Shown here piece by piece: positions 13,691 through 26,969 of a stretch of 64,000 nt of DNA. The notes beneath the pieces are model-generated. The model did not search any database. It was not told the origin of the DNA and saw nothing but the letters and a program-made list of their open reading frames with translations. Numbering within the stretch: position 1 is the stretch's first letter; the number at the start of each line of letters is the position of its first letter. This DNA comes from the human T2T-CHM13v2.0 reference genome, Homo sapiens. Position numbers and translations under genes: made by a program. The stretch lies in NCBI RefSeq assembly GCF_009914755.1, contig NC_060939.1, one strand, 5' to 3'.

Positions 13691-13732
13691 CAGGTTCAAG
13701 AGCGAAACTCCGTCTCAAAAAAAAAAAAAAAA
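13678..13732. mobile_element. micro-Alu with inverted 5' piece
   Basis: antisense Alu piece aacgtccgcctcccaggttcaag fused to sense Alu end agcgaaactccgtctc plus A16. Confidence 0.8.
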
Positions 13733-14006
13733 GTTCGATAGCTTTTATTTCTTTTCAAACTTTCCTCCTTTTTTCCCCCTTCTCCCTCCTTTCCTTGCCT
13801 TGCCAGACCTCAGTGTACTTGAAAGCAAATAAAAATGGTATCAAACCACCGGCAATGGGAATATATACTTCTCTTAAATAAGTGAGTCTGCCTTAAAACC
13901 ATTTTGCTCCTTCGTCTTCACCGGATATTACTAGAAAAGGACGAGGGTGAAAGAACTTATTTTAAGGTGGAGAAATATTTAGTGCTAATTTTTTAGTTAT
14001 TTGCTA

Positions 14007-14332
14007 TTTTTAAGTAGCTTTATTGAGGTATAATTTACATATCAATGAATGCATCTATTTTACCAGTACAATTAGATAGTTTTTGAATATATTTATAGAA
14101 TTGTGCCACAATAGGAATAATCTAATTTTAGAACATTTCTATCCCCTCCCCCCACCAAAAACCCGCAGTGTCCATTTGCAGTTATTTCTCTCTCCCACCC
14201 CAGGTAACCGCTAATTTACCTTCTGTCTCTATAGGTATGCCTTTTCTGGGCATTTTATACAAATGGAATCATACAATAGGTAGTCTTTTGTGTCTGGTTT
14301 CTTTCACTTAGCCTAATGTCTTTGAAGTTCAG
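14007..14332 (-). mobile_element. L1MB-type 3' end
   Basis: agctttattgaggtataatttacata...aaatggaatcatacaata..tctggtttctttcacttagc. Confidence 0.8.
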
Positions 14333-14723
14333 TGCTAATGGCTTTTATTGTATGGCAAAGCCCCTTAGAATGGCCAAACTGTCCCAGAAGACTACATAAT
14401 CTAACTGCACTAAGTGTGCTCTCATAGTACACACTGCATAGACACGTGCCCTAAAATAGGGTGAGAACTTCGATTAGGGTCAAATTCTGAGGTGTGTGTC
14501 TGGGGATGGGGGTGGTGGCGGGTCTGTCAAGGGCCATATGCAAATACAAAGCTTCTCAACTAGTAGTTGTATTGGTTTTGTTTCAGAGACAGAAATCCAA
14601 AACATTCAATTTACTTGTTATTAAAATGGCACATGAAAGCCACGTAGCTTTCAGAATACAAGGGCTTTTAAGCTATCTCCTTTTCACATTATCTAATAAC
14701 ATTCCATATGTTAAAACTAAATA

Positions 14724-15138
14724 CAGTTGACCCTTGAATAACTTGTGGGTTCGGGACACCTACTTCCATGCAGTTGAAAATTCAGGTTTAATCTTTGACT
14801 TTCCCAAAACTTAACTACTGTTGACCTGAAGCCTGATAACAGAAACAGTTGATTAACACATATGATGTGTGTTATATGTATTATATACCATATTTTTACA
14901 ATAAAGTAAGCTAGAGAAAATGAAATGTTATTAAGAAAATCATAAGGAAGAGAAAATATATTTACTGTTCATTAAGGGGAAGTGGATCATCAAAAAGGCA
15001 AGCCTTCATCCTCGTCATCTTCACGCTGAGTAGGCTGAGGAGGAGGAGGAAGAGAAGGGGTTGGCCTTGCTGTCTCAGGGGTGGCAGAGGCAGAAGAAAA
15101 TCTGCCTATAAGTGGACATGTTGTTCAAGGGTCGACTA
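14724..15138 (-). mobile_element. Tigger2a (TcMar MITE), near complete
   Basis: TIRs cagttgacccttgaataac / gttgttcaagggtcgacta, TA on both sides, internal gctgtctcaggggtggcagaggc and aataaagtaagctagagaaaa. Confidence 0.85.
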
Positions 15139-15194
15139 TATACATTTCAGTGTTTTACATACTAAAATGATATGCTCATGTGGAAAGTGTTTTT

Positions 15195-15290
15195 ATATTA
15201 ACTACTATATAATTAATATATAGTTATATAATTAGCTATATAGTTATATAATTATAACCAATTTTTAAATTAACTAATATTATATAATCA
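15195..15290. repeat. AT-rich low-complexity tract
   Basis: tatatagttatataatta repeated twice within an AT-rich run. Confidence 0.7.
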
Positions 15291-15535
15291 TTAAGGGAGA
15301 GCGAAAGAGAAACTAAAAGAATAGGAGGTCAAAGGCAAGCAAAAGGAAGAGAGATTTGTGAGGTGAGAGGGGAGAAGCATGAAAGAGAGTAATCTGCCTG
15401 CCCCTGCTCCAGTTCTGTTCTCAGCAGGCAGTGATGGCTTTGCAGCTTTTGGCTGCTCTTTCGAACTTCCATCACAGAATGTTCACTACAGTGCCCTGAT
15501 GGGGAGCTCTTCTCCTAACTGAGGGTGATGCCTAT

Positions 15536-15709
15536 AGCGGTGGTTCTCAGCCCTGGTTGCACATTACTATCACCTGGGGAGCTCTGAAACCATACCCATG
15601 CCCTGGCGCAATCCTAAATCAAGTGCATTACAGTGGGACCTGGGCACAAGTACATTTGAAAAGCCTCTCCAGGGGATTCTAATGTGCAGGCCCGGGCTGG
15701 GAACCAGTG
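15536..15709. mobile_element. MER5-family MITE
   Basis: gtggttctcagccctgg..atcacctggggagct...gattctaatgtgcag..gggaaccagtg. Confidence 0.75.
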
Positions 15710-15718
15710 GGCTTGATA

Positions 15719-15890
15719 GAGCAGTGCTTATCAAACTTTTACACACATAACGATCACCTGGTGATCTGGTTAAACTGTAGATTCTGAGTCAACAAGTCTG
15801 AGGTGGGGGCCTGAGAGTCTGCTTTTATAATAAGCTCCCAGAAATGCTGATGCTGCTGGCCCCTGGAACACATTTTAAAAGGTGAGGAGC
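15719..15890. mobile_element. MER5B-like MITE
   Basis: gcagtgcttatcaaactt..atcacctggtgatctggttaaa..agattctgagtca..aagctcccag..atgctgatgctgctgg. Confidence 0.75.
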
Positions 15891-15956
15891 TAGAGAAAAT
15901 CCCAGGTTCTTTTTTTTTTTTTTTGGCATGGCATGGAGTATTCCATCATCTACTTC

Positions 15957-16148
15957 TGTTGGTTCTTAAAGTGGGGCCCTCCAAACCAGCAGCATTAGTA
16001 TCACCTGAGAACTTGTTAGAAATGCAAATCCTCAGTCCCTACCCCAGATTTATTAAATCAGAAACTCTGGGGGGCAGCGCCCAGCAATTTGTGTTTTAAC
16101 AAGTCCTGCAGGTGATGTTGATGGACATTTAAGTTTGAGAGCCACTGA
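15957..16148. mobile_element. MER5A
   Basis: accagcagcattagtatcacctgagaacttgttagaaatgcaaat...aagtttgagagccactg. Confidence 0.8.
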
Positions 16149-16301
16149 TCTACTTTTTTTTCCTAAGCATGCTATGCCTCTATATATGTATTCCTTCTAG
16201 CTGGCATCCCTTCGTCTTACTGCCTACTCCTCCATCCAAACCTCTCGCCAAACTGAGATTTCCATTCTGCAAAACGCACCTTTTCTCTGACATCTTCTAT
16301 C

Positions 16302-16496
16302 CTGTCATATGCTGGTGTTTCATAATTGGCCTTCCTAGGGCCCTGATGCATAGCATTTGCTGATTTCTGTGGTGTAAATACTCCCACCATGGCCACCTTC
16401 AAGCCATGAATGTGAAGACGCTAAAAGCAGACTTGGGAAGAGATGCACACTCACTACAGAGATGGGCTCTGGCTAGCTGGTTCCAGCACACAACTG
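16302..16496. mobile_element. MER63-like hAT MITE
   Basis: tagcatttgctgatttctgtggtgtaaatactcccaccatggcc...ttgggaagagatgcacac...ccagcacacaactg. Confidence 0.7.
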
Positions 16497-16901
16497 TTCC
16501 GCTAGAGTTATCCCACCGTCTTACATATTTGGCTGTATGTCTGTCTCCTGGCTAGATAGTGCATTCCTTAAGGTTAGTTCCATGTCATTTCTCTCTGCCC
16601 TCCACCGTCTCTAGAATGGGGCCAATACATAGGTCTTTCATATCTCTTTATTGAATTGAACCCAATCTCCATTATGACATCATGAACTCACACATACACA
16701 ACTGAACTTTTCAAAATGAAAATTGTTCAGTCATGAGAAGAATGTTTTAGCTTTAAAAAATTAAAATTTTGATTGAGCAAAATTTTTGATTGAGCAAAAT
16801 TTACCATCTATATTTTATTTCCAGGATTTGGACACGTGTTAAAGTTAATTCTGATGGTGTCCATTGGAGACCTTAAGAATGAGAAGCACTGCTTTTATTC
16901 A

Positions 16902-17270
<369 letters not shown>

Positions 17271-19362
17271 TCACATGCGGGAGGGCGCTGGGACCCCGGG
17301 AGGTGCTCCTAGCTCTGCCACTGACCTGGGCTCACTGTTGCCCCATCCCACACTCTTCATCTGTAAAGGAGGACCCTGCAATTGATTGCTAGCTCTAATG
17401 ATCTGTTCTATCTCTGGTTATTAAACTTGAATTTAGGACTTCAAATTATCTTTAAACTGAGAAGAAAACATGAATTCAGAAATGTTCTTTCCATTAAAAA
17501 AAGTGTTTATATTTTATGATAAAGGGTTAAGTATGCACTATGCCCTAAAGAGTCAAGGTTTGTCTTGGCTTCTTGTCCTCCTCCTTCTGATGAATTGCTT
17601 GACACCTCCCTGATCCTGCAGCTCTTTTCTTTAGAAAATAACATTTGGTTCTGGTCATGGAGAAGCTTGGGCTTTGCTGATTTAAGGCCATAAAGAATAT
17701 AACAGCAAATTTAAATACTTTCGTATCTATAAAAGCACAAGTCTTGAAATAGCAAATGTTAACATGAAACACTTAGTGTTGGGTCTTTACAATAGAGTTT
17801 TCTTTAATCATCAGTGGTTCAGTTGCTATATTTCTAATTCTCTTTCGTAACTTTAAACCTTGTATTCAGTTATAATTTTCTATATTGCTAGATCGTGTTA
17901 AGACTGAACTATAATTTTAGGGTTCAGATTTCAATGGATTAACTTTATAGTATAAACAATTAGGAAACACACTTTTTCTTTAATCTTGCATTTCAGTGAC
18001 CATGGCATTGATTCTGTAGAGGTAGATTTTATCAATACATTGTGTTGTCTTATTTTAAAATACAAATAAACATCTGTGCCAATACAAGACAGCATTTTCA
18101 AGAGACTCTCCAAGAAGACTTAATTTTTTTTTGGAAAGTGGCAGGTGAGAGTTCAGGGGTACCTATTCCTTTTGCAATTCAAAAACATAAATTAGGATAA
18201 TTGTTTTAGAAAATACTTGGAGAAAGAGATGTGCTGATAAGTTTGAGCTCTAATTAAGCAGCTTCTTTTACAGCTCATGCTTTAATTCAATTCCAGGTAT
18301 TCTCCCCTTTTGCTAGTCAACACTGACACAGATCTGTCTACTTTAAGATCATTTGTATTATCCCTTCATTTGGGTTTACAACTTGGGTTTTAACATTAGG
18401 CGAAGGAAAACAATAAAAGATAGTTTTGAATTTACACAAGTAATTTCAGAAAGGACCTTGGCAATGTTTTTCATTCATTTTCTACTCAGGTCTCCTTAGC
18501 GTGGCAAACTGAAGGTAAAACAACCGAATTTAATGTCTTCACCCACAAAAAATCATTTTAGGGCTCCTATAGTTCACTCACTGGTATGTCATCCTCCCAG
18601 TCTCAAATTCTGGAGGGCTTCTCTTTCTTCCCTCTCCCTCACATTCTGTATCCAGACAATTGTTAAATCCTACCCACTGGTGCTTGTAATTCATCTAGAA
18701 TGTATCCTCTCTTTTTTCTCTTGTTCTCAACTTGAGAGGGCATTGTCATTACCTGGGGAGCTTCGTAAAAATGTACAAACAGGGCCTTCCCTCTCAAAAT
18801 TTGAAAAGATGTTCAAGGTGGGTACTAAGAAACCTTCATTTCTAACAAGCCAACCAGCTAATTTTGAGGGGCCTTCCACGAGGAGGCCCAAGAGGATGGC
18901 AAATAGGAGCCAGTTTAAGAGGGAGGAAGCCTGTTCTAGACAACAAGGGCAGCAGGCAAGGGGGCTGGGAGGCTGGGGAGCGGGGAGCAGAGAGCAGGAG
19001 ATTGCCCTAGGTCTCCCAGGCCTTAGGAAAACAGCTCTAAAACCCACCAAACCTATGAGAGAGTGTGGTGAGACCAGCGGGCCTGTGAAATCGGACAAGT
19101 GGAATCTGAGGTGCCCTTGATCTCAGTTGAAAATGTCCCTTGGAAGCAGGAAATGAGGGTCAACAGCTGAGGAGAGAGATCTGGGCTGGATTTGATGGTG
19201 AACTTTCTTGGAAAGAGTCTGTTAATTGGGATTAGAAGGGAGTCAGGATGGAAGTCCACCTAAAGAGTGACTGGGCAAGATGAACCCGCAGAAGAGAGGG
19301 GAGAAAGAAAGGAAAGTGCTGTAAAAGTCAAGAGCCAAGGGAATTTTAAGAAAAAAGAAGTG

Positions 19363-19672
19363 GGCCGGGCGCAGTGGCTCATGCCTATAATCCCAGCACT
19401 TTGGGAGGCTGAGGCGGGCGGATCACCTGAGGTCAGGAGTTCAAGACCAGCCTAGCTGACATGGTGAAACCCCATCTCTACAAAAAAATACAAAAATTAG
19501 CCGCGCATGATGGCGGGTGCTTGTAATCCTAGCTACTCAGGAGGCTGAGGCAGGAGAATTGCTTGGACCCCAGGAGGCGGAGGTTGCAATGAGCCGAGAT
19601 CGCGCCACTGCACTCCAGCCTGGGCAACAGAGCGAGACTCCGTCTCAAAGAAAGACAAAAAACAAAACAAAA
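19363..19672 (+). mobile_element. AluSx-like, within L2 remnants (~19000-20040)
   Basis: ggccgggcgcagtggctc...gatcacctgaggtcaggagttc; A-rich tail. Confidence 0.93.
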
Positions 19673-22600
19673 GAAAGAGGAAGACAGTCACCTGAGGATT
19701 CCCTGTGCCCTGAACAGGGCAGGTATATAATAAATGTTTTCTGAACTGAACAGAAATGCTGCCCAGGCCAGAGAAGGTAAGAAGTATGTATGGAGAGGCT
19801 GTGGGTCCCTGTGTGACCTTGGCAAGGGCAGCCTTAGAGGGGTGGGGGAGTGGGCGGATTGGTTGAGGCGGGATTAAGTGGCAGGTGAGTGTAGACAGTG
19901 TAGACACTGAATAAACGTCACTGAACAAGGTAAGGGGAGAGGTGGGATGGTAGTTGAATGGGGAAGAAGGGTAGAGGGCAAGTTGGAAGATGGTAGAGTG
20001 GTAAAGAAGAAGAAATGTGACCTCCTTCCATCTGTGGGACATGGGCTTTTAATACCTGAGCTAATGAGAGAACTTCCCATATGGCTTTCCTAACTTGGTA
20101 CTAACTTGCATTATTCAAAATGTTACCTCCAGGATTTCCTTTTTCAAGAAATATTTTCCCTTAGGTAAAGCCATGGTTAAGCCTGTGTTTTCTCCAAAGT
20201 GTTTGGCATTCTGCTTTCCTGACCCGAGGGATTCCTGACCTACTGTTGCCTGAGAGTGATAGATGCTACTGAGCAAGGTGCCTTGTCTGCACAATCTCAT
20301 CACAGTCCCCAGGGTAGGTGTTATTATTCTCTCTCCTCCAATAAGGCAACCGACACTCACCCTCCCTCAGCTAACTGGTCAAGCTGGGATTCAAGCCTAG
20401 TTATGCTTCACTCAGAAACCTCCCCTACCCAACCCAGGCTGCACTTGCTTCAACTATAAATTCCAAAATGACTCGACTACTTTCGCCCAAAGTTCCTGAC
20501 CTTTCTACATTCCAGACAGTTCTTTCTAATTGAGGTGTCGTTTCTTTAGTTGCTGAAGGCAAAGCTCTTACAATTCTGCCCTAGCCTCCCCCTCCTGCCT
20601 CAGTCCCTTCACAAACCACATAGAGATCCGAGATTCGGCAAGGGGAGCTGCCTGCTGCTAAGCCACTAGAACCACGTGTCTGCCCTGCCTTGCCCTGCGC
20701 TGTGCCATCTGCTGTCTCTGCCTCACAAATGCAAAAGCATGCCTGAGCCAGCCTCGTGTGTGGTCCAGCACTCCTACAGAACCCCTTCTAGCTTAGAGAG
20801 AAATCACATCTACTTAGCACCCTTATTGAAATGCTAGGCACTGTGGTGGGTGTGTGGTAGATTGCGTCTGATTTAATTCATCCAGTATTGCAAGCTGGAT
20901 GCTGTCCTTTCCATCACACTGTGCCTCAGAGAGGGGAGGTTACTTCCAGGAACTCCTACCTGGGGGTGTTGGAGCTTGGACTCAGCAAAGGTCAACCTGC
21001 ACTTTAAGACCACCTTATGACACCATCTCCCTGAACAAGGGTGAAGTCACAGCAGCGGACCTTTTCAGGCTCAGAGCCGGGCTGTTCCAAGATCAGGAAA
21101 AGTGACTGGTTAACAGAATCTATTGCTGCTTTACATGTTTTGGTGAGAATTTAATGATTTAAATGATGAACGTATTAAATTCCACATTCCAGTAGTAAAG
21201 GTCCCACTTAGCAGAGTGTCTCTGTGTGTCTCTCCATATTGTTATTGAACCAATTAGGGATTTAAAAATATACATTTCTAATTCGAGATGTTACGGGTAG
21301 CTTTCACTGCCAAAAACATTTGTACAGAAGCCTCCAAAAAGCTACCCAAGGACCCGAAAACTTTAGCTTGAAGAGGAGACAGAAGTAAAACTACTGGAGG
21401 GGAAAAAATAATCTTCAGGTCAACAAAGCTGAGTTCCTGGGCTACCCTCAGCCTGGCTCATGCTAGAATTAGAGCAGAACTGCATGGCTCACAGCCTTTG
21501 CAGGTACAAAGACTCAGTGAAGGTGTAGCTTAGAGGGATGAAGGTGTGCTCATATCCCCTTCTCCTGGGGGGTGCCAGTATACTTGGTCCCAGGACCCCT
21601 GCGTAATGCTAACTCTCCACCTGGCAGGCATGCAGCTGCCCCAGAGCCAGAGCCCCCGTTCCTGGCTTCCCTGCCAGACTGGCAGCCTCCTTTCAGTCAG
21701 TGGAGCAGATAGTGTTCAGAGCTGGGGGCCCAGACGAAATCCTCCATCATCTCCACCCACGTTTCAGGAGATGGCGTGGAGCTGAGCCTAGTCGCACCTG
21801 TGCCTGACTGAGAACCAGTTCCTAAACTTTTCCCTCCCCTAGGGAGTCCTTATGGATTTAACAAGGGAAGCAGAGTAAATTTGTGAATTTGATAAAGCTT
21901 CCTTCCATGGGCTTTCTTTGAGCAATGAAGGAGGTTTCTTAGGAATCTTCCAGACAATATGTATTTAAGGCACCCTCTTTCTTGCAGTAGTTCGAGAGTC
22001 GTGATTCCTAGCCCTGAGGTCAGGGATTTGTCTGAGCCCCGTTTGATAGATGTAATATTCTGTGCATCTGCATATTATAGGCAGTTCCCCTTCCATAGCT
22101 ACTGTCAGGTTCTCAAGGGGTTCTTGGACCAAAAGGTCAAATACTACTTGCCCTTGTGTTTCTGAGGCAATGACCAGGTAGGACTTTCTGAAGGGAGGAA
22201 AGAGGAAACTTTCAGAAGACTTGTATCTTCATACAAAGCATGATGTTTTGCTACGCTGTCTTCCTTCTATTGGGGGTCAGGTGGGGTGAGGAGGTCGGAC
22301 CAGGGTGATATTTCTGGGTGCATTTTGTTAAGCTGACTTGACTTCTATTGTTTTGGATGCCAGGTAGGGGAAGGAATGGAAGAGAAGGGCATTAGAAAAA
22401 TGCCAGGTGCCCTGAGAAATCCTGCTCCCTTTCTCCCTTCACAATGAAGCATCTTCAAAGGCTTTTCTATCCTGGATTCTCTAAGCTTCTGGTTCCCCAT
22501 TTGTCTCCCAACCCACAGAGATCTGAGCTCCTCTCTCAATAGTCCTCCTGAAACTGCCCCTCTCCCAGATCAACAGTGACTTCCAGCTGAAATATCCTAA

Positions 22601-22856
22601 TGATGCCTTTCAACTCCTGCCCTACTTGATTGTAGTTCTTTATATGGACTTAAATAATTAATCTCTATGTATCTTAGGCAAAGGATGTTCTATCTATGAC
22701 ATTATTAGCTATCATTAATATACTCTCTAGGAAAAGTAACGGATTTTAACCACAGATTCTGACACTGCTGAATGAGCTTGATGTCAACATTGATATATTC
22801 CTTAAATATTTATTGAGGACCTACTGGGTGCTTATCACTGTGCTGGGTCCTGATGA

Positions 22857-23208
<352 letters not shown>

Positions 23209-24295
23209 TAGCTTTCTACATGCTACAGGAAAGGAACAAGTGAGGACCAGGAGGTACAGGAGGTCCAGGAGAATTACTTTGTGGTTAGGATTTCAGTTCC
23301 TCCTACTGGAACTACGTTATTCATCTGGGCTGGTCTAGGGTCCCTGGAGACTTTAGTCCTTCACAAAATTAAGACAATCCAAAAGTACTTTCCCACTGCA
23401 CACACATACACATAGAGTCCACAGCCATTCCAAAGTTAGACTAAAATGATCAGTAGGACAGTAATTTTCTAAAGTGGGGTTAGGAGACCCATGGTACATA
23501 TATACAGAAGAGAAATCTGACCCCAAGTACTAAAATAGTCATTAAATATTGTATAGTTGCACCTCCAACTTGCAAGTTTTCTAATCTGGTAGGGAGAGAA
23601 AGCTGAACATGCAGCCAGTGTGACTCTGAATATGTACCCACAGGTATAAAAGATAACTAATCAAGGCAATAAGAAGATGAGAGACAGGGATTTTCCTGTT
23701 GTCTTGGAATTGCAGTTAATAAGCAGCTCAATCTTGAGTGAATCCAGGGGGCTGCCAGCAAGGGTGGCCACTAATCTTGGGAAATGCAAGGACCAATCCT
23801 GCTCCCGGAGACTACCTCCTCCTCCACCCCTCAGCAGAAGGAGCCATGAGAAGGTTGCTGGCCATAAGGGGAGTATGGTCTGCATGGGCTGTGCCTGCCT
23901 TTCTCCATGTGGAAGGGGAGGGGCACCTCCCCAAAGTAAGTTATGGAGACTCTAGAGAGTCATTAGTGAAGACTGCAGGTTCAAGGCAAAGGAAGATGAT
24001 TGACTTCTTAATTCTTTGGCTGAACTGTAGAAACTGTAGGCGGCGAGTGGGCGAGGGAGGGCCTGGGAATAGAGGTGGTGAAAATCCCCAGGAGAGAAAA
24101 TCCTGGGAACCTCGGAGCTTGAAGTGTTGTCTTCTGCGTTCTTATAAACCCACTTTTCGAAGTCCTCAAAACCTTAAGGTCCTATTCCCAGGCTGTCAGC
24201 CATCACCAGCTGACAAGAGGCCATTCTACACAACTCTTGGGGTACTTCCACATAGACTACCACAGGAATTATATAACACGGTGGCCCTGCCCATT

Positions 24296-24775
24296 GTATC
24301 AGTTAGGATGTGTTCAGCTGGAAGTAACGGTTAACTCACCAATGGCTTAATCAAAAATGACATTTATCATTTACTTAACAAGAAGTCTAAAGCTAGGTGG
24401 TGCCAGGACTGGTGCAGCTCATCCATGCCGTCGAGGACCCTTGGTCTTTCTGTTTCTATACTGTCCCATTCCCAGCACATTGGATTTTTGTCGATTGCTT
24501 GTCTCCCTGCGGTTGCAACAAGGCTGCTGCAGCTTCAGGTATCATATTTTGACACTAATGGCCCAACGTGTAAGGAGAGAGTAGACACAAAAAAACCCAT
24601 GTCTTTTGACTGAGGTCTGGGCTCCAGAATTCCTTTATGTCTCATTGACCAAAACAAAGGAGAACAGCATTACTCTAAATGTTTTATGCCAACCATGATG
24701 CTTGTCCTGAGGTCGAGGCACTGGGGTCCTTCTGTTAGCAAACAGGTTTAGTAGACAATGATCAGAGTCCCCTAC
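24296..24775. mobile_element. old MLT1-type MaLR LTR
   Basis: tgtatcagttaggatgtgttcagctggaagtaac..ggcttaa..ttaacaagaagtct; ccttTatgtctcattgacca. Confidence 0.65.
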
Positions 24776-25379
24776 ATCTGTCTCCAATGGTTTTCTAGAG
24801 AATAGGTTTATCTCCTGTATTTCTTTAAGCAGGCATCAATAAATATTTATGGGATCACTACTACATGCCAGGCTCTGTGCCAAGTCCTTGAATTGGTGGT
24901 CAATCTCTTTAACAAAACACTGAGGATTCTCTCTTAGGCCTGTCTCCTCCTCCAGCACCTCCCGATCAGCTCCACTTTCAGACTAGCCCCATTATTTGCC
25001 TTCTTAGCTCTCACTCCTAACTAGAACACTGTTGAGTGGCTCATTAAAATATTAGATTTTCAGCCTAATAACTGGGCTCTGGACAGATCCCATTAATTCT
25101 TATTCTTTTCCTGGTAGGTTCCTCTCCATCTCATCCCATGAAACCCAAGCCTGCTCTTCTCATCAGACATTTTCTCTTTCTCTTTCTTTTTCTCTTTCCC
25201 TCGGAGGGAATTTTCTCTTTCCCTCCTTTCTCTTAGCTTTTCTCCTTCTACAGGCATGCTTAGTTACCATAACTTCACTTAGAATCACCAAGTTACTCTC
25301 TTTTTTGCTCCTTGTCCTCCTTTAAGCCATGTCACCTTCTCTTTAATACCTTAACAAGAATGCTCCCTTAACAAGAATC

Positions 25380-25590
25380 ACTAACATTCAGTATCTGGCC
25401 CTGGCTGAGCATTTAGCATGTATTATATCAATTTCATCTCACACCAGATTATGAAGAGGGCATCATGTCCATTTGGTAGGCAAGAAATGAAGTGTAGCTT
25501 AAGTAACTTGCCCGATGTTATACCAGGGTGGAGCTGGCATTCAAGCCTGGATCTGCCCGGAACTCACAAAGTCCTGCTCCTAAGCAATGG
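25380..25590 (-). mobile_element. MIR
   Basis: ttaagtaacttgccc..gtggagctggcattcaagcctggatctg. Confidence 0.65.
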
Positions 25591-25806
25591 GTGAGGTCTC
25601 CTTGGGCTCACACAGCCCCTGTCACTTATGTCCCCCTGTGCAGGCATGCACATCCTCTCCCCACACAATTCACCCCACTGATGACATCTGTCTCTTGTCC
25701 ATTTTCCCCACTGGACTGGGAATGCCCAGAGGGCAGAGATTCTGTCTGACTCACAGTATCTGCCCCACCACCTGCCATTCCTGCTGCATGGCAGCCATCA
25801 GTGGAG

Positions 25807-25903
25807 TTTTATTTATTTATTCATTTATTTATTTATTTATTTTTGAGACGGAGTCTCACTCTGTCGCCCAGGCTGGAGTGCAGTGGCCTTCACTGCAACC
25901 TCC
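25807..25903 (-). mobile_element. 5'-truncated Alu (3' end only)
   Basis: (ttta)n tail plus gagacggagtctcactctgtcgcccaggctggagtgcagtgg..cactgcaacctcc. Confidence 0.85.
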
Positions 25904-26969
25904 TATTAGTGGCCGAGGGGATGAGAAGGAATGACACCTGGCAGAGAGCCGGGCTGAGTCAGGGACTGGCTCACAGCAAGATGGTGACTCTGCTGAGAGA
26001 TGGAAACAGGTGGGTCTGGAGGTTCTCCTCCCTTCTCATTCATTCATTCAACAAATAGCTACTGGGGGTCTTTTATGTGCCAGGCACTATTCTAGTTGCT
26101 GAAGACACAGAGGTGAACAAAGCCTCAGGAAACTGCAGGCAAGTGCTGGGCCTATTTGCTTTCTCCAGGCGCTTTGCTCAGATCTCAGTCACTGTTTCCT
26201 TCCCTATTTTTCCTCATTGCTTAGAAGAGTTACATTTTTTACGTACATCACTCAGGTTAAGCATCTAAGGAACCATAAACAAAAGCAAGTACTAAACGGA
26301 CAAAGTCTGAAGGCTTAAAAGTCACCTCCCCCTAACACCTCTGCCCAAGCATCAACCTCCTCAGGGTTCCTTCTCTAGTCTGAGACACTCCATGCTCCAT
26401 TTCCCATTTTTCTGTGACTGGAAGTTCTGAGCTGCCTTCCTGGGAGAGCAAGAGTGCTTTTACTACCTCCCTCTGCCAGGTCAGGTCACCTTTGACTCCA
26501 CTTCTGCCCCACCTACATGCTCTGGGGGGAGTCAGGGAATTTGCTCCTGGCTCCTCTTCCCTTCCAGGACTGGAAGAGATGGGGAGGCTGCTTCGCAACC
26601 TCTCCAGACCTGGACTGGAGGCAGGGAGGACAGTCAGGGCATCAGTCTATCCGTCCATCCTTTGGCCCATCTGTCTATTGTTGCATTCATGCCGCATACC
26701 AGTAAAGATCACAAACATGGAATGGAAGCCCACACCAACTGTGGCGCTCTCTAAGCCCAACTTGAGAAAGGAAGGCTCTTGTTTTGCGCCCTGCCCCCCA
26801 ATTCAGCCCCGATGCTTAGTGCCCAGTGGCTTCTCTCATCTCACTGGGAAGGGGAGGGACCAAGGAGGACTGGGGAACGGGGTGGGGGTGAGGAGGAGGG
26901 AGATGCTTGCCCTGACAGGCCTGGGCCGGTCTGCACTGAGGCACACACACCACCTGCACCTGGGAGTGG

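Noticed and set aside
18533-19120. 195-aa ORF
   Set aside because: It runs across L2 and MER5 remnants, has no recognisable domain and no supporting gene structure.
23738-24334. 198-aa ORF
   Set aside because: It starts at GTG rather than ATG, has no recognisable domain and ends in an MLT1 LTR; consistent with chance.
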